Assembly: GCA_963765495.1 (NCBI GenBank)
Contig: CAVXWP010000009.1
Coordinates: forward strand, 672,001 to 736,000
DNA length: 64,000 bases
Reading direction: 5' to 3'
From: Blastocatellia bacterium
Lineage (GTDB): Bacteria; Acidobacteriota; Blastocatellia; UBA7656
Shown here: positions 51,613-61,838 of the stretch, piece by piece
Numbering within the stretch: the stretch's first letter is position 1
Layout of the letters: the number at the start of each line of letters is the position of its first letter
Notes under the pieces: generated by a model
Databases searched by the model: none
What the model was told of the DNA's origin: nothing
The model's input: only the letters and a program-made list of their open reading frames with translations
Made by a program: the position numbers and the translations under genes

Positions 51613-53660
51613 GGTGTGGGGGTTCCGCCCGTTGCGCGGCGGGTCTTAAGCGATGTGCGCTCGCGCATGCGCAATTGCCACTTGCTTGCGGACGTGTCTT
51701 CTTCCTCGAAATCGCCAAACGCTTCCTTGAGGCTCTCGCCTCCGGCCTGCCGCGCCTTCACGTAAAGGAAAGCCGTCATAATTGAGAGAAGCGGCAAGAG
51801 AAACATGTTGGTCAGCGTCTTTATCATCTGAGCGATAGCCATAACTATACCGGATATCTGCTGACGATCCATATTTATCGTGAAGCGCTCTATCAACCAG
51901 GTGGTGACATTAGACACAACAGTAGGGATGGCAAATTGAATCAAAATCACAATAATAACGGTGGCCATCGCCCGGCGAGTCAGTTCCTTAGATCGTTTCA
52001 ACGCTGCCCTGCCCTTTTTATTCTCTATCATCACAACAGGCGCGACCAGAAAATAATATATCAGGGCCAGAAAGCCGGGGACGATGAGCAGGAATCCCAG
52101 TATAACGCGCAGCATTACAATCGTAATCGCAAAGATCATAGAACGCAGTCGCTTCTTTGTAATCAGAAACGCGGAGCGGAGTTGTAAAGGGCGGAGCGGA
52201 GCGACTATTAGTTGTATGACTATTCTCACGCTCATGCCCGAAATTATTGCCGAAGCAAAGAAGCTGGAAATCACCAGAAGCAGCATAATCACGCCTCCCA
52301 GTATCATTCCAGGCGTAGGCGAAAGGGTTTTCTTCTTTGCCAGCACTACATCGAGCAGGAATAAAATGTTTAAGGCGATTACCGGAAGATGCACAAGAAG
52401 CGAGATGCGAAAAAATGTCGGAAAATGCTCGCTATAAAGCGCAAACGACCGGCGCAGAATAGCGCCCGCTCCATCGGCGCTCGCGCGCAATGCGTTTGCG
52501 AAGGCGGCGGCGCTTGCGGGGCGGTCGTCCGGTTTTTTCGCAAGCGCCGACATCACTACCGAAGCGACTTTCTTGGGTATCTTTTTATGTTGCTCTCTGA
52601 GCGGCGGCGGCGGCGCTTCGATGTGAAGCCGCATCATCTCGTACGGGTCGCCTGTAAACGGCGTCTGGCCGCAGAGCATCTTGTAGCCGATCACGCCCAG
52701 ACTGTAAACATCCGAGCGCGGATCGAGCGGTTTGCTGTCGCACTGTTCGGGCGACATGTAAAGCGGCGTCCCGAGAATCGAGCCTACGCGGGTCAGCGCG
52801 CCAGACGACGCGCCGCTCGCCGGTCCGCTCTCGCCCTTCCCGGACTCAGTCGTCGCCGGGTCGTCGAGCGCATACGTAAGTTCGTCTTCGGAAACAGACG
52901 CAGGTTGCAGGCGAGTCGCTGCCTCGCCCGTATGAGTGTCATTCCCCAAATCGAGCGTGTCATTCCCTAAGTCGAGCGTGCGAGGTTCGAGAAGTTGTGT
53001 CTTCTCTTCCTCATCCGCCCCGGATAGCGCAATAGTTTCGGCCTCGAAAAATTCGTCTCTGACAGAGAGCGCGAGCGATGAGGCTTCGTGTAAAGAATCA
53101 GGGTCGCCCGGCGCGGCATCCTCATTCGATTCAAAGGGCGCGGAATCGGCCAGTTTTGCCAGGCCGAAATCGAGAACTTTCACCGTATAGCCGCCGCGCC
53201 TGTTTGGTTCAAGCCAGATATTATCGGGTTTGAGGTCCCGATGTATTATGCCCATTTGATGAGCTTCATTGACGGCCGAGCAGACCTGATCGAGAATATC
53301 GACCACCCACAGGAGCGGCAGGCGACTATCTTCGGCCAGAATTTCGGCCAGCGTACAGCCGTCCAAATATTCCATCACCAGATAGGCGACACGCTCTCGC
53401 CCTACGGCGGCAAATCCAAAATCGGTTACATTGACCACATTGGGATGACGGAGCCGCCCGGCGGCTTTCGCCTCGCGCCGGAAACGCTCGACAAACTCAT
53501 CTTGATTCATGAATTGCGGGGTGATGACCTTGACGGCTACGGGGCGGTCCGTGCCTACGTGGGTGGCCAGATAGACTGCGCCCATGCCGCCTTCGCCCAG
53601 GCGTTTATCTATCAGGTACTTTTCATCGAGCACCTGCCCTATCAGATGCTGTAATGCCAT
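51609..53660 (-). CDS. Hanks-type Ser/Thr kinase with C-terminal multi-TM domain
   Basis: GEGGMGAV, VAVK, HRDLKPDN, DFG, GTPLYMSPE; hydrophobic C-terminal third. Confidence 0.93.
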   Translation of the reverse strand: MALQHLIGQVLDEKYLIDKRLGEGGMGAVYLATHVGTDRPVAVKVITPQFMNQDEFVERFRREAKAAGRLRHPNVVNVTDFGFAAVGRERVAYLVMEYLDGCTLAEILAEDSRLPLLWVVDILDQVCSAVNEAHQMGIIHRDLKPDNIWLEPNRRGGYTVKVLDFGLAKLADSAPFESNEDAAPGDPDSLHEASSLALSVRDEFFEAETIALSGADEEEKTQLLEPRTLDLGNDTLDLGNDTHTGEAATRLQPASVSEDELTYALDDPATTESGKGESGPASGASSGALTRVGSILGTPLYMSPEQCDSKPLDPRSDVYSLGVIGYKMLCGQTPFTGDPYEMMRLHIEAPPPPLREQHKKIPKKVASVVMSALAKKPDDRPASAAAFANALRASADGAGAILRRSFALYSEHFPTFFRISLLVHLPVIALNILFLLDVVLAKKKTLSPTPGMILGGVIMLLLVISSFFASAIISGMSVRIVIQLIVAPLRPLQLRSAFLITKKRLRSMIFAITIVMLRVILGFLLIVPGFLALIYYFLVAPVVMIENKKGRAALKRSKELTRRAMATVIIVILIQFAIPTVVSNVTTWLIERFTINMDRQQISGIVMAIAQMIKTLTNMFLLPLLSIMTAFLYVKARQAGGESLKEAFGDFEEEDTSASKWQLRMRERTSLKTRRATGGTPTP

Positions 53661-53688
53661 TGGTTACACCATCAAAAGATTTGAGATT

Positions 53689-55521
53689 TCAGAAGTGGCT
53701 CGCGCCTTCTTCATCGATTGATACTTCTCTGGACGGGCGACCGGTGAGCCCGCCGTGGCAGACGGCCAGTTGCGCGATCACGGAAGCGTCATTGCCCGCG
53801 AGTTGCTGCGCGAGCAACAGAGCGCGGTCGAAATCCACGCGCGCAAGCACCGCGAGCGTACTCTCGAAATCGAGGTTGTTCAGTTCATCAGGCTTGAGGG
53901 GCCGCACGTTTGTTGACAAAGAGGCTATGATTGCGAGGCCCGAGACGGTCGGGAGTTTCTCGGGCGCGAGCAGATCGTTGATGGACTTCACGGCAGATTG
54001 CATAACCTCGAAGGCGCGCAACGGATCAAACTTCGCAAAGCTTGAAACCACGGTCAGCAGCGCCTGAGCGCGAGCGATTGAAGGGCGGGCGCGAAGGGCC
54101 TCGCCTTCGGCATCGTTCAACAATTCGGCGGCGCGCACCCTGTCGCTTGAGGCAAGCGCGGCCCCGGCAAGTCGCACAAGCGCTCCCACGCGCGCGGTGT
54201 CGTCTTCGATACGCTGCGCAACCGAAACGGCATCGTCTATGTGGCCCTCGGACGTCTGGCGGCGCGCTATCTGCGCAAGCACGCGGTCGCGCATTTCGGC
54301 GTCTGAAATCTGCGAAGCCGAAGACTGCGCTTCGCCCACTTCGCCTTTTGCAAGCCACGCGAGCGCCGCCCGCGCATAAAGCGAGTTGCGCTCTTCGGTG
54401 TCGGGATTCAACCTGGCTTCGCGCACAATATCATTGGGTGTAGGCGCTCGCGGTTCGATCATGCTCAGATCGACTACGCGGTCGGTGGCGCTCTCCTGGC
54501 TCATCTCGGCTATCCTGCGTTGCAGTTCGGAGAGCCGGTTCGGCAGATAAAGAGCGAACAACTCCAGAAGCTGGCGACCCACGAAATAGGCCGCCGCCGA
54601 TTGATCGGAATTGCTGCCGGGCCTGTCTCGCTGCATCAACTGATTGAATGCGAGACTCAGGAATCTTGTTATGAGAGATTTATCTATCGAGCCTGTGGCG
54701 TTTGTTCCGGCCGTCGAGATCAGATAAGAGCCGAGCGTGTGGATGTCGCTCAGATCAATCTGAGACGCACGCTGGAGCCGGGCCACGGCGCTTGAAAAGA
54801 GGAGGTCAGCCAGTCCGTGGTCCACTGCGCGCATCAACAGAAGCAGACGTGTGAAATTGGGCGAGATGCCAAATGAAAGGCTCAACTGTCCCAGTGTCAT
54901 CGCCCGATGAGGCTCGCGCTCGACCACCTGTAACGCAACGCCTATCAATGCTTCGCGCTGATCGGCTCCGCCTCGCGTCGAAACGGTGACAAAAGAAGCC
55001 CCCGCATCCGATGAGGCCCGGCCTTCTGAGTCATGCGCGGCTGGCGGGGCGTTGTTTTCGTTCACCGTGTTGAAAGCAAGTGCGCGGGCGAGGTCTTCGG
55101 CCAGTTCCGCATCGCAATCCGCTATTTGATTGAGCAAATCCGTGCGTAGTTGCTGCCTTTCGTCCGCCGTCAAATCATTACCGCTATCTTTTCGCGAAAC
55201 GCTTGCGCCCTCCTCATCACCCGCGCCGCGCTCAACCGGCGCGGGCGGAGAGAGAGAGTCAAAGGCGCGACCGAAGATAGCGCGGGCAGCGGCCCGGTCG
55301 TAAGGCCACAGCAGGGTAGCCGCCTGAGCCTGAGCGCGCACGGCGAACGCGAGATCATCCGATTGTCGAGCCTGATCCGCAAGATGAGAGAGCAGGAATA
55401 CGATTCGCGAGTTTAGGTCACCGCCTTCGGGCAGGCGCGTGCTTTGAGCGTTGAGCGGCGCAACGCCCAGAGCGATGACAGCAATAGCGATTATGAGATT
55501 TCTAAACACGCTGCCAACCAT
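53689..55521 (-). CDS. Secreted helical-repeat hypothetical protein
   Basis: Signal peptide, Ala-rich helical repeats. Confidence 0.7.
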   Translation of the reverse strand: MVGSVFRNLIIAIAVIALGVAPLNAQSTRLPEGGDLNSRIVFLLSHLADQARQSDDLAFAVRAQAQAATLLWPYDRAAARAIFGRAFDSLSPPAPVERGAGDEEGASVSRKDSGNDLTADERQQLRTDLLNQIADCDAELAEDLARALAFNTVNENNAPPAAHDSEGRASSDAGASFVTVSTRGGADQREALIGVALQVVEREPHRAMTLGQLSLSFGISPNFTRLLLLMRAVDHGLADLLFSSAVARLQRASQIDLSDIHTLGSYLISTAGTNATGSIDKSLITRFLSLAFNQLMQRDRPGSNSDQSAAAYFVGRQLLELFALYLPNRLSELQRRIAEMSQESATDRVVDLSMIEPRAPTPNDIVREARLNPDTEERNSLYARAALAWLAKGEVGEAQSSASQISDAEMRDRVLAQIARRQTSEGHIDDAVSVAQRIEDDTARVGALVRLAGAALASSDRVRAAELLNDAEGEALRARPSIARAQALLTVVSSFAKFDPLRAFEVMQSAVKSINDLLAPEKLPTVSGLAIIASLSTNVRPLKPDELNNLDFESTLAVLARVDFDRALLLAQQLAGNDASVIAQLAVCHGGLTGRPSREVSIDEEGASHF

Positions 55522-55567
55522 ACCGCGAATGTACCACAGCACGTCGCGAGCGGGGAACCCCCGCTCG

Positions 55568-55597
55568 GAGGGATGAGGGATGAGGGATGAGGGATGA
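55568..55597. repeat. Heptamer array (GAGGGAT)4
   Basis: Direct reading. Confidence 0.85.
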
Positions 55598-55752
55598 ACC
55601 CGGATATCAGGCGATTCTCGCTCATCCTCCAGGGGGTGATCAGATTACAAAAGAATCTGATCCGCGTTCATCCGCCCGATCCGCGCCCGTCCGTGGGCAA
55701 TTCCCGCTCGCCTTTCGTTCATATGGATTTCTATCAGCCATTGACGACGGGG

Positions 55753-57570
55753 TTATTCGCCGCCGGAGTAAAGCGATTCGATCAGCGCCCGGTTCTTCTC
55801 TTCCACTACACGACGGCGCACCTTGAGCGTTGGCGTTAGCTCGCCTCCATCTATCGAAAACTCTTCCGCCAACAGCGCCACCCGCTTGACTTTTTCATAG
55901 TCGGCAAGCCCGCGCGTCAGGTCACTCACCTCAGACTTAAACAGATCCAGCACGCGCTTGTCGGCTACGAGTCTCTTTTTATCCGTGCTCTCGATCCCCT
56001 GCGATTTGGCCCAGGCCCGTAGCCGCTCGAAAGCCGGGACGATGAGCGCGGATACATATTTGCGTTTATCGCCTACGATGATAACCTGCTCGACAAACTC
56101 GCTTTGTAGAAGTTTGCCTTCGATCATCTGCGGCGCGACGTATTTGCCCGCAGATGTCTTTATCAAATCCTTCTTGCGGTCGGTGATGAATAAGAAGCCG
56201 TCCCGGTCAAAACGGCCTATGTCGCCGGTCTTGAACCACCTTTCGGAGCCGGTTGCCCCCTCTTCGGCAAAAGCGACTGCCGTCTCTTCGGGCTTCTTAA
56301 AATATCCCTGAAAGACGTGGGGGCCGCGTGTAAGTATCTCGCCGTCTTCGGCGATCTTCACCTCATAGCCGGGCAAGGGATGTCCAACCGAGCCTATGCG
56401 ATTTTGTTCAAGCGTGTTTACGGCGATCACGGGCGAGGTCTCAGTCAACCCGTACCCTTGCAGCACGGGTATTCCTACCCCGGCGAAAAAGAGAGCCATA
56501 TCAGGCGAGAGCGCCGCGCCTCCCGATACCATTCGCTTTATGCGTCCACCCACGGCTTCGCGCAGCTTGCTGAAGACCAGATGGTCTGCAATCTCGTGCT
56601 GAAATTCCAGCAGCGGCGGCACGCGCTCGCCGGAGGACTCCATTGCGACCCGGCGACGCCCTACATCCTGCGCCCAGTCGAATAGTCGTTTCCTGAATCT
56701 GCCCCGGTCGGATGCGGCCTTTTGCATGCGGCCATAGATTTTTTCAAGCAGGCGCGGAACCGTGGACATCAACGTAGGCTGCACCTCGCGCATGTCGGCG
56801 GCCACGGTTTCGACTCCGCCCGCGTAGTTTATCTGCACGCCGCAATGCAGGCACAGATATAAAACCATGCGCTCGAATATATGCGAGAGCGGCAAAAATG
56901 AAAGCATAAGATTGTCGGGTTCGATCCCCAGGTATGAACCCGCGACAACGGCGTTCGAGACTATATTCGAGTGCGTCAGGACCGCGCCTTTCGGCTCGCC
57001 CGTTGTGCCCGAAGTGTAGATGATCGAAGCCGTATCGGTGGCCTTCACATCTGAGCAGATCAAATCGTAAGCCTCGGGCCGGGCGGCGGCTGTCTGCCCG
57101 CCTTTCTCTTCAAGAGCCTCGAAAGATGTGACATTTTCGCCGTTTTCAACCGCCTGAAAAGTGACGATGCGCAAATCTGGAAAGCGTTTGAGCGCATCGG
57201 CCACGCGGCGGATTTGCCGAGAGGTCGATATAAACAGCAGCTTCGGCTCCGATTCGCGGAGGATGTATTCGACCTGACTGGCGGACTGGGTAGGATAGAT
57301 GGGGACATTTATCGCGCCGTTTGAAAGAATGGCGTAATCGCTGATCGTCCACAGAGGCCCGCCTTCGGCGAGAATCGCCACGCGGTCGCCTTTTCGTATT
57401 CCGAGGTCGTAGAGGCCGAGCGCGACATTGCGAACTCGTTCGAGCAGTTGCTCGGACGAAATGCCGAGCCACACCTTGTCGTGTTTGTACCTGAGCGCCT
57501 CGTGATGAGGGCGGGCCGCGACCGCGTTCTTGAGCAGTTCGACTAAAGTCTCTGGCTTAGAATTTTCCAT
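55753..57570 (-). CDS. fadD: Long-chain fatty acid-CoA ligase
   Basis: YTSGTTGEPKG, QGYGLTE, FKTGDIG, ELTPTLK. Confidence 0.92.
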   Translation of the reverse strand: MENSKPETLVELLKNAVAARPHHEALRYKHDKVWLGISSEQLLERVRNVALGLYDLGIRKGDRVAILAEGGPLWTISDYAILSNGAINVPIYPTQSASQVEYILRESEPKLLFISTSRQIRRVADALKRFPDLRIVTFQAVENGENVTSFEALEEKGGQTAAARPEAYDLICSDVKATDTASIIYTSGTTGEPKGAVLTHSNIVSNAVVAGSYLGIEPDNLMLSFLPLSHIFERMVLYLCLHCGVQINYAGGVETVAADMREVQPTLMSTVPRLLEKIYGRMQKAASDRGRFRKRLFDWAQDVGRRRVAMESSGERVPPLLEFQHEIADHLVFSKLREAVGGRIKRMVSGGAALSPDMALFFAGVGIPVLQGYGLTETSPVIAVNTLEQNRIGSVGHPLPGYEVKIAEDGEILTRGPHVFQGYFKKPEETAVAFAEEGATGSERWFKTGDIGRFDRDGFLFITDRKKDLIKTSAGKYVAPQMIEGKLLQSEFVEQVIIVGDKRKYVSALIVPAFERLRAWAKSQGIESTDKKRLVADKRVLDLFKSEVSDLTRGLADYEKVKRVALLAEEFSIDGGELTPTLKVRRRVVEEKNRALIESLYSGGE

Positions 57571-57735
57571 TTGATTTATCCGGGTGCTGAAAGTGCTGAA
57601 ACGGAAAGCGGGGCCATTTTAATCGGCTAAAGGCAATCTGTAAATCCCAGTTTGGTGAAGAAAGTGTGGCAACGAAAGCCAGGGGGAAAAAGCCGCAGGC
57701 AGGGCTATTCAGTTTTCCAACATGTAGAGTAGTAA

Positions 57736-57790
57736 AATTGAAATAGGCCGCGGAATCCGCGGCCTATTTCAATTCGCCTTTCGTTCAAAT
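57736..57790. repeat. Palindromic element (copy 2)
   Basis: AATTGAAATAGGCCGCGG-AAT-CCGCGGCCTATTTCAATT-CGCCTT; near-identical to 28840-28890. Confidence 0.8.
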
Positions 57791-57818
57791 GCATTTCCAT
57801 CAGGCTCCATAAATTGAT

Positions 57819-58976
57819 TCAACTCTTCAGGGCCTGATCCAGGTCTTCGATCAGTTCATCGGTCGCCTCTATGCCCACAGACAGACGCACAAGGCTGTCG
57901 GATATGCCAAGCCGCGCGCGGTCTTCTGCCGACATTCCAGCGTGTGAAGTGGTTGAAGGCCGCGTGATGAGCGTCTCTACTCCGCCAAGGCTCGGCGCGA
58001 TGATAGGGATGGTGATGCGGCGCATAAAAGCTTCGGTGGCCTCGATGCCTCCGTTCAACTCAAAACTCAGCATCCCGCCGAATCCATCGAAGAGTTCGCG
58101 GGCGCGCTGATGCGCGGGATGGCTTTCAAGACCGGGATAGTTGACCCGCGCTATTGAAGGGTGCCGTTCCAAAAACTGTGCGACTGCAAGCGCGCTCCTG
58201 TTCTGATAGGCGACCCTGAGCGCGAGCGTCTTCATACCGCGATGAAGCAGAAAGGCCGCGTGCGGGTCGAGCGAGCCGCCCAGATGATCGAGCTTGCGCT
58301 TGATCTTTTCTATCAAATCCGCACGTCCAATGCACGCGCCCGCAACGATGTCCGTGTGACCGTTCAGGTACTTTGTGCAACTGTGCACGGAGAGGTCGAA
58401 GCCCATCTCAGAGGGCCGGAAATTCACGGGGCTTGCAAAGGTATTATCTATGATCGAAATCAGATTATGACGGCGCGAAAATTCGACCACGGCCTTGAGG
58501 TCGGCAATCTCTACGAGGGGATTCGAAATGGTTTCCACGTAAACGGCGCGCGTCTCGGGGCGAAGCTTCTCTTCCCACGAGAGCGGCGCATTGCCGTCTA
58601 TGAAATCGAAATTGATGCCGAACGAGGCGAAATCCTTAGTCAGAAAATCGTGCGTGCCTCCGTAGAGACAGTCTTGAGCGAGAAGGTGCTCGCCGGAAGA
58701 AAGCAGCGCAAGCAGCGCCGAAGAGATCGCCGCCATCCCGCTTGCGCTGACGAGCGCGGCCTCGGCTCCTTCAAGCGCGGCAAGTTTCTGATGCAGAGCA
58801 ATGTGGTTGGGCGTGTTGTTGAGGCGAATATATCTGACATCGTGATAATCGCCTTCGCCCGTGTATTCGAACGTAGACGATTGAAATATGGGCAGGCTCA
58901 CGGCTCCGTTTATTCTCGGGTCAGGCTCGCCCGCGTGAATGAGTTTCGTTTCAAGGCGTTTAAACTGTCTCGTCAT
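57819..58976 (-). CDS. Cys/Met metabolism PLP enzyme (cystathionine gamma-lyase/synthase family)
   Basis: SGMAAIS, DNTFASP, HSCTKYLNGH, SLGGVETL, RLSVGIE. Confidence 0.93.
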   Translation of the reverse strand: MTRQFKRLETKLIHAGEPDPRINGAVSLPIFQSSTFEYTGEGDYHDVRYIRLNNTPNHIALHQKLAALEGAEAALVSASGMAAISSALLALLSSGEHLLAQDCLYGGTHDFLTKDFASFGINFDFIDGNAPLSWEEKLRPETRAVYVETISNPLVEIADLKAVVEFSRRHNLISIIDNTFASPVNFRPSEMGFDLSVHSCTKYLNGHTDIVAGACIGRADLIEKIKRKLDHLGGSLDPHAAFLLHRGMKTLALRVAYQNRSALAVAQFLERHPSIARVNYPGLESHPAHQRARELFDGFGGMLSFELNGGIEATEAFMRRITIPIIAPSLGGVETLITRPSTTSHAGMSAEDRARLGISDSLVRLSVGIEATDELIEDLDQALKS

Positions 58977-59009
58977 AAATTGATTCTCCTTAGCTTGAGT
59001 CCTCGGATT

Positions 59010-59486
59010 TTATGCGGGCCAATCTCGAAGCAACTTGCGAGTTTGCACTACCTGTCCCAGATGATAGGCGTTGTGATCGGCTATCAACAGCAACTCTCGC
59101 AGATATGTATGCTCTTTGCCATGGGCGATTTTTGCCGTCAGGTCCACGCTTTCATCGAGCGCCAGATTGACGGCTTTTTCGAGGTCTGCAAAAAAGCCTT
59201 TGACGGTCGAGTCCCACATCTCTTCGGTCATGCTCTGGGGATCGGCGGGCCAGTACCCGGCGGGCCAGCCGGGCGATTTCCATTCGGGGTCGAGCGAGTA
59301 TTGCAAAATATCTTCCTGAGCTATACGCATGTGTTCAAGCTCTTCCCAGACGGAGTGCACACCCTCGGTCGGGCGCTTATTGCGAAGCTCGGGCGCGACA
59401 TCGGCAAGAGCATTTTCGGCGCTCGCGTGCGCCCCTTTCCCCCTGAGGAGCGCGGCCACGCTCTCGCGAAACACAGATTCGTTCAT
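59010..59486 (-). CDS. DinB-family protein
   Basis: HSVWEELEHM, ADHNAYHLGQ. Confidence 0.88.
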   Translation of the reverse strand: MNESVFRESVAALLRGKGAHASAENALADVAPELRNKRPTEGVHSVWEELEHMRIAQEDILQYSLDPEWKSPGWPAGYWPADPQSMTEEMWDSTVKGFFADLEKAVNLALDESVDLTAKIAHGKEHTYLRELLLIADHNAYHLGQVVQTRKLLRDWPA

Positions 59487-59514
59487 CTCTCCACCCCCTC
59501 GGCAATGAATTATA

Positions 59515-59637
59515 CGTGAATCGTGAATCGTGAATCGTGAATCGTGATGCGTGACTTTCAGACGAATAGATTTTGCCGGTTAATTACAAATCTCAGGAAT
59601 CACGAATTACGCATCACGATTCACGATTCACAGATCA
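59515..59637. repeat. Inverted heptamer arrays (CGTGAAT)n / (ATTCACG)n
   Basis: Left arm 59515-59554, degenerate right arm 59593-59637. Confidence 0.85.
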
Positions 59638-60123
59638 TCCAAGCGTCTTTGGCGTCAGCAACCATTTTAGTCTGCCTGCGCCGTCTTCGACATCTTCCCA
59701 TCTATCAATCTGAAACTCTATGCACGCGAGCGCAGCCGTAGGCATCGCCTCGTCCTTGCCCGTAAGTCTTGCGACCAGGTTTTCGAAACCCGGATTGTGC
59801 CCCACAAGCAGGGCGCAGGCGCTCGTGTCGGGTATGTGTCGCACTACGGCCATCAACTCGGCTGACGTTGCGCCGTAGATCCCCTCTTCAAATTGCGGAG
59901 TGATGTCAAGAGCAGCCGCGGCGATCACGATTTCGATGGTTGCGCGCGCGCGCGCGGCAGGCGAACTGATTATGAGATCGGGCAGGATGCCGCTCTCTTT
60001 GAGAGCCTTCGCCATGCGCGGGGCCGCTTTGCGACCGCGCGGAGCAAGCGGCCTCTCAAAATCGCGGAGAGAAACGTCGTCCCAGCTCGATTTCGCATGC
60101 CGCAAAAGCATCAGGGTCTTCAT
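59635..60123 (-). CDS. sixA: SixA-type histidine phosphatase
   Basis: LLRHAKS, LVGHNPG; start MKTLM after AAGGAG. Confidence 0.88.
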   Translation of the reverse strand: MKTLMLLRHAKSSWDDVSLRDFERPLAPRGRKAAPRMAKALKESGILPDLIISSPAARARATIEIVIAAAALDITPQFEEGIYGATSAELMAVVRHIPDTSACALLVGHNPGFENLVARLTGKDEAMPTAALACIEFQIDRWEDVEDGAGRLKWLLTPKTLG

Positions 60124-60160
60124 CTTCGATCCCTCCTTAAAACAGTCCGGGTCTATCCGC

Positions 60161-61615
60161 TTACCTTCCCGGCGCGGCCTGTCCCGATTCGGCGCACAGA
60201 TGACGAACGATTCTATAAAGCAGTCTCGTGCCGTCGCGGAAGGCTTCAACCGGGATGTTCTCGTCATTGCCGTGGACGCCTGAAAAGGCATCGCTCGGTA
60301 TTAGAAAAGGCGAAAAGCCATAACAGACGATGCCCAGGTCGCGGAAGAAGTGAGAGTCGGTAAAACCCGCGAGCACCGTAGGCACGAACTCGGCCGAATG
60401 GTCTTCTCTGCGTATCACATCCGTGATTGCCCGGTACAATACGGTATCAAGCGGTGAATCGGTCGCGCCGAATGCCAGCAGGGTCTCGACCTGTATGTCA
60501 GGATCATCAATCACACGTTTGATCTCAGCGACAAAGTCATCGGGCTTCTCGCCCGGGAGCAACCGGCAATCGAGTTCGGCGGTGGCAACCGGGGCGATCA
60601 CGTTTGTCTTCGTGCCTATGGTGACAATTGTCGGCTGAATCGTGTTTGTGAGCAGCGCTGCGTTGTATTCGGTTGAGAGGATCATCAGCCGCAGTTTGGG
60701 GTCTTTTATCGCGGCGGCGATGTCGGAGTAAGCCAGTTTCATTTCGGGACTTGTTTGAGAGTCCGCGATTGCTTTGAAATAGCTTGCCACTGCCGGAGTC
60801 ACTTTAAGTTCCGGGCGGTATGCTTCCAGTTTTCCAAGCGCCCGAACCATTCGCGAAGGCGCGGAGTCGTGACGGGGTATGCTGCCGTGTCCGGGAGTGC
60901 CGCGCGTGGTCAGCCTCAACCAGCAGGGCGTCTTTTCCGTAGGCCCTATTCCGTAATAAACTACGCGGCCCTGATCTACGTAATTACTGCTCCCCTCGTT
61001 GAGCAGAAACTCGGCGTCTTTGATCAGCTCGGGGTGATTTTGCACAAACCAGCCCGCGCCCTGGCGTCCGCCCGCCTCTTCGTCGGCGGTCGCAAGAAAG
61101 ATCACGTCGCGGTCAAGCTGCACATTGCCTCGCTTCAGCAACACCATCGCCATCAATTCAGAGAGGCCGAGGCTTTTCATATCGAGCGCGCCGCGCCCGT
61201 AGAGGTCTCCGTTGCGAATCTCTCCGCTGAACGGATCAACGGACCAGAACCGTTTATCAGCCGGGACGACATCGGTGTGATTGAGCAGGATGAGCGGTCG
61301 CTTGCGGCCATTGCCTTTGAGCCTGGCATAGAGAGTACCGCGTCCCGGCGCGGATTCGAATACGCGATACTCGATTCCCTCCTTCTTGAGAATGGAGGCG
61401 AAGAAATCTACAGCCCGCACTTCGTTGCCGGGAGGGTTGGTAGTGTCTACGCGCAGGTAGTCGACGAGCAGGCCAACGGCCTCGTCGCCAGCCTTGCTCC
61501 AATCGGGCTCACCCGGATAAGCTGCCCGCCCCTGAGCCGTAACCATCTGCGATAAGGTAAGCAGCAGGATCAAGCCTCGCAGCCCCGCCTTTGATATCAT
61601 ATTTCCGTTTGCCAT
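60161..61615 (-). CDS. Secreted M20/M25/M40 metallopeptidase
   Basis: HTDVV, GRGALDMK, ADEE, HGNDE. Confidence 0.92.
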   Translation of the reverse strand: MANGNMISKAGLRGLILLLTLSQMVTAQGRAAYPGEPDWSKAGDEAVGLLVDYLRVDTTNPPGNEVRAVDFFASILKKEGIEYRVFESAPGRGTLYARLKGNGRKRPLILLNHTDVVPADKRFWSVDPFSGEIRNGDLYGRGALDMKSLGLSELMAMVLLKRGNVQLDRDVIFLATADEEAGGRQGAGWFVQNHPELIKDAEFLLNEGSSNYVDQGRVVYYGIGPTEKTPCWLRLTTRGTPGHGSIPRHDSAPSRMVRALGKLEAYRPELKVTPAVASYFKAIADSQTSPEMKLAYSDIAAAIKDPKLRLMILSTEYNAALLTNTIQPTIVTIGTKTNVIAPVATAELDCRLLPGEKPDDFVAEIKRVIDDPDIQVETLLAFGATDSPLDTVLYRAITDVIRREDHSAEFVPTVLAGFTDSHFFRDLGIVCYGFSPFLIPSDAFSGVHGNDENIPVEAFRDGTRLLYRIVRHLCAESGQAAPGR

Positions 61616-61689
61616 AATTTTGTGAATCTACCACGCAAGACTCGTACACGCAATGAAACGCCTCAGATCAGAAAGTGGCACAGAGACAG

Positions 61690-61769
61690 GCTTTGCGTAC
61701 TTCGCGTACTTTGCGGATTTGCGGAAACCTGCTGCCCGCTGAGACGCGAAGCAGCAAAGTACGCGAAGG
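61690..61769. repeat. REP-like palindrome with 9-mer units
   Basis: CTTTGCGTACTTCGCGTACTTTGCG...CGCGAAGCAGCAAAGTACGCGAAG. Confidence 0.65.
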
Positions 61770-61838
61770 ATATATCCATTCTCGTCTAATCGTGGGCTAG
61801 ATTCGCCGCGCCTGCGTCTCACGTGGTAGGATGCGGAT

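Noticed and set aside
58161-59519. 452-aa plus-strand ORF
   Set aside because: Antisense to two well-supported genes; GC-rich shadow ORF
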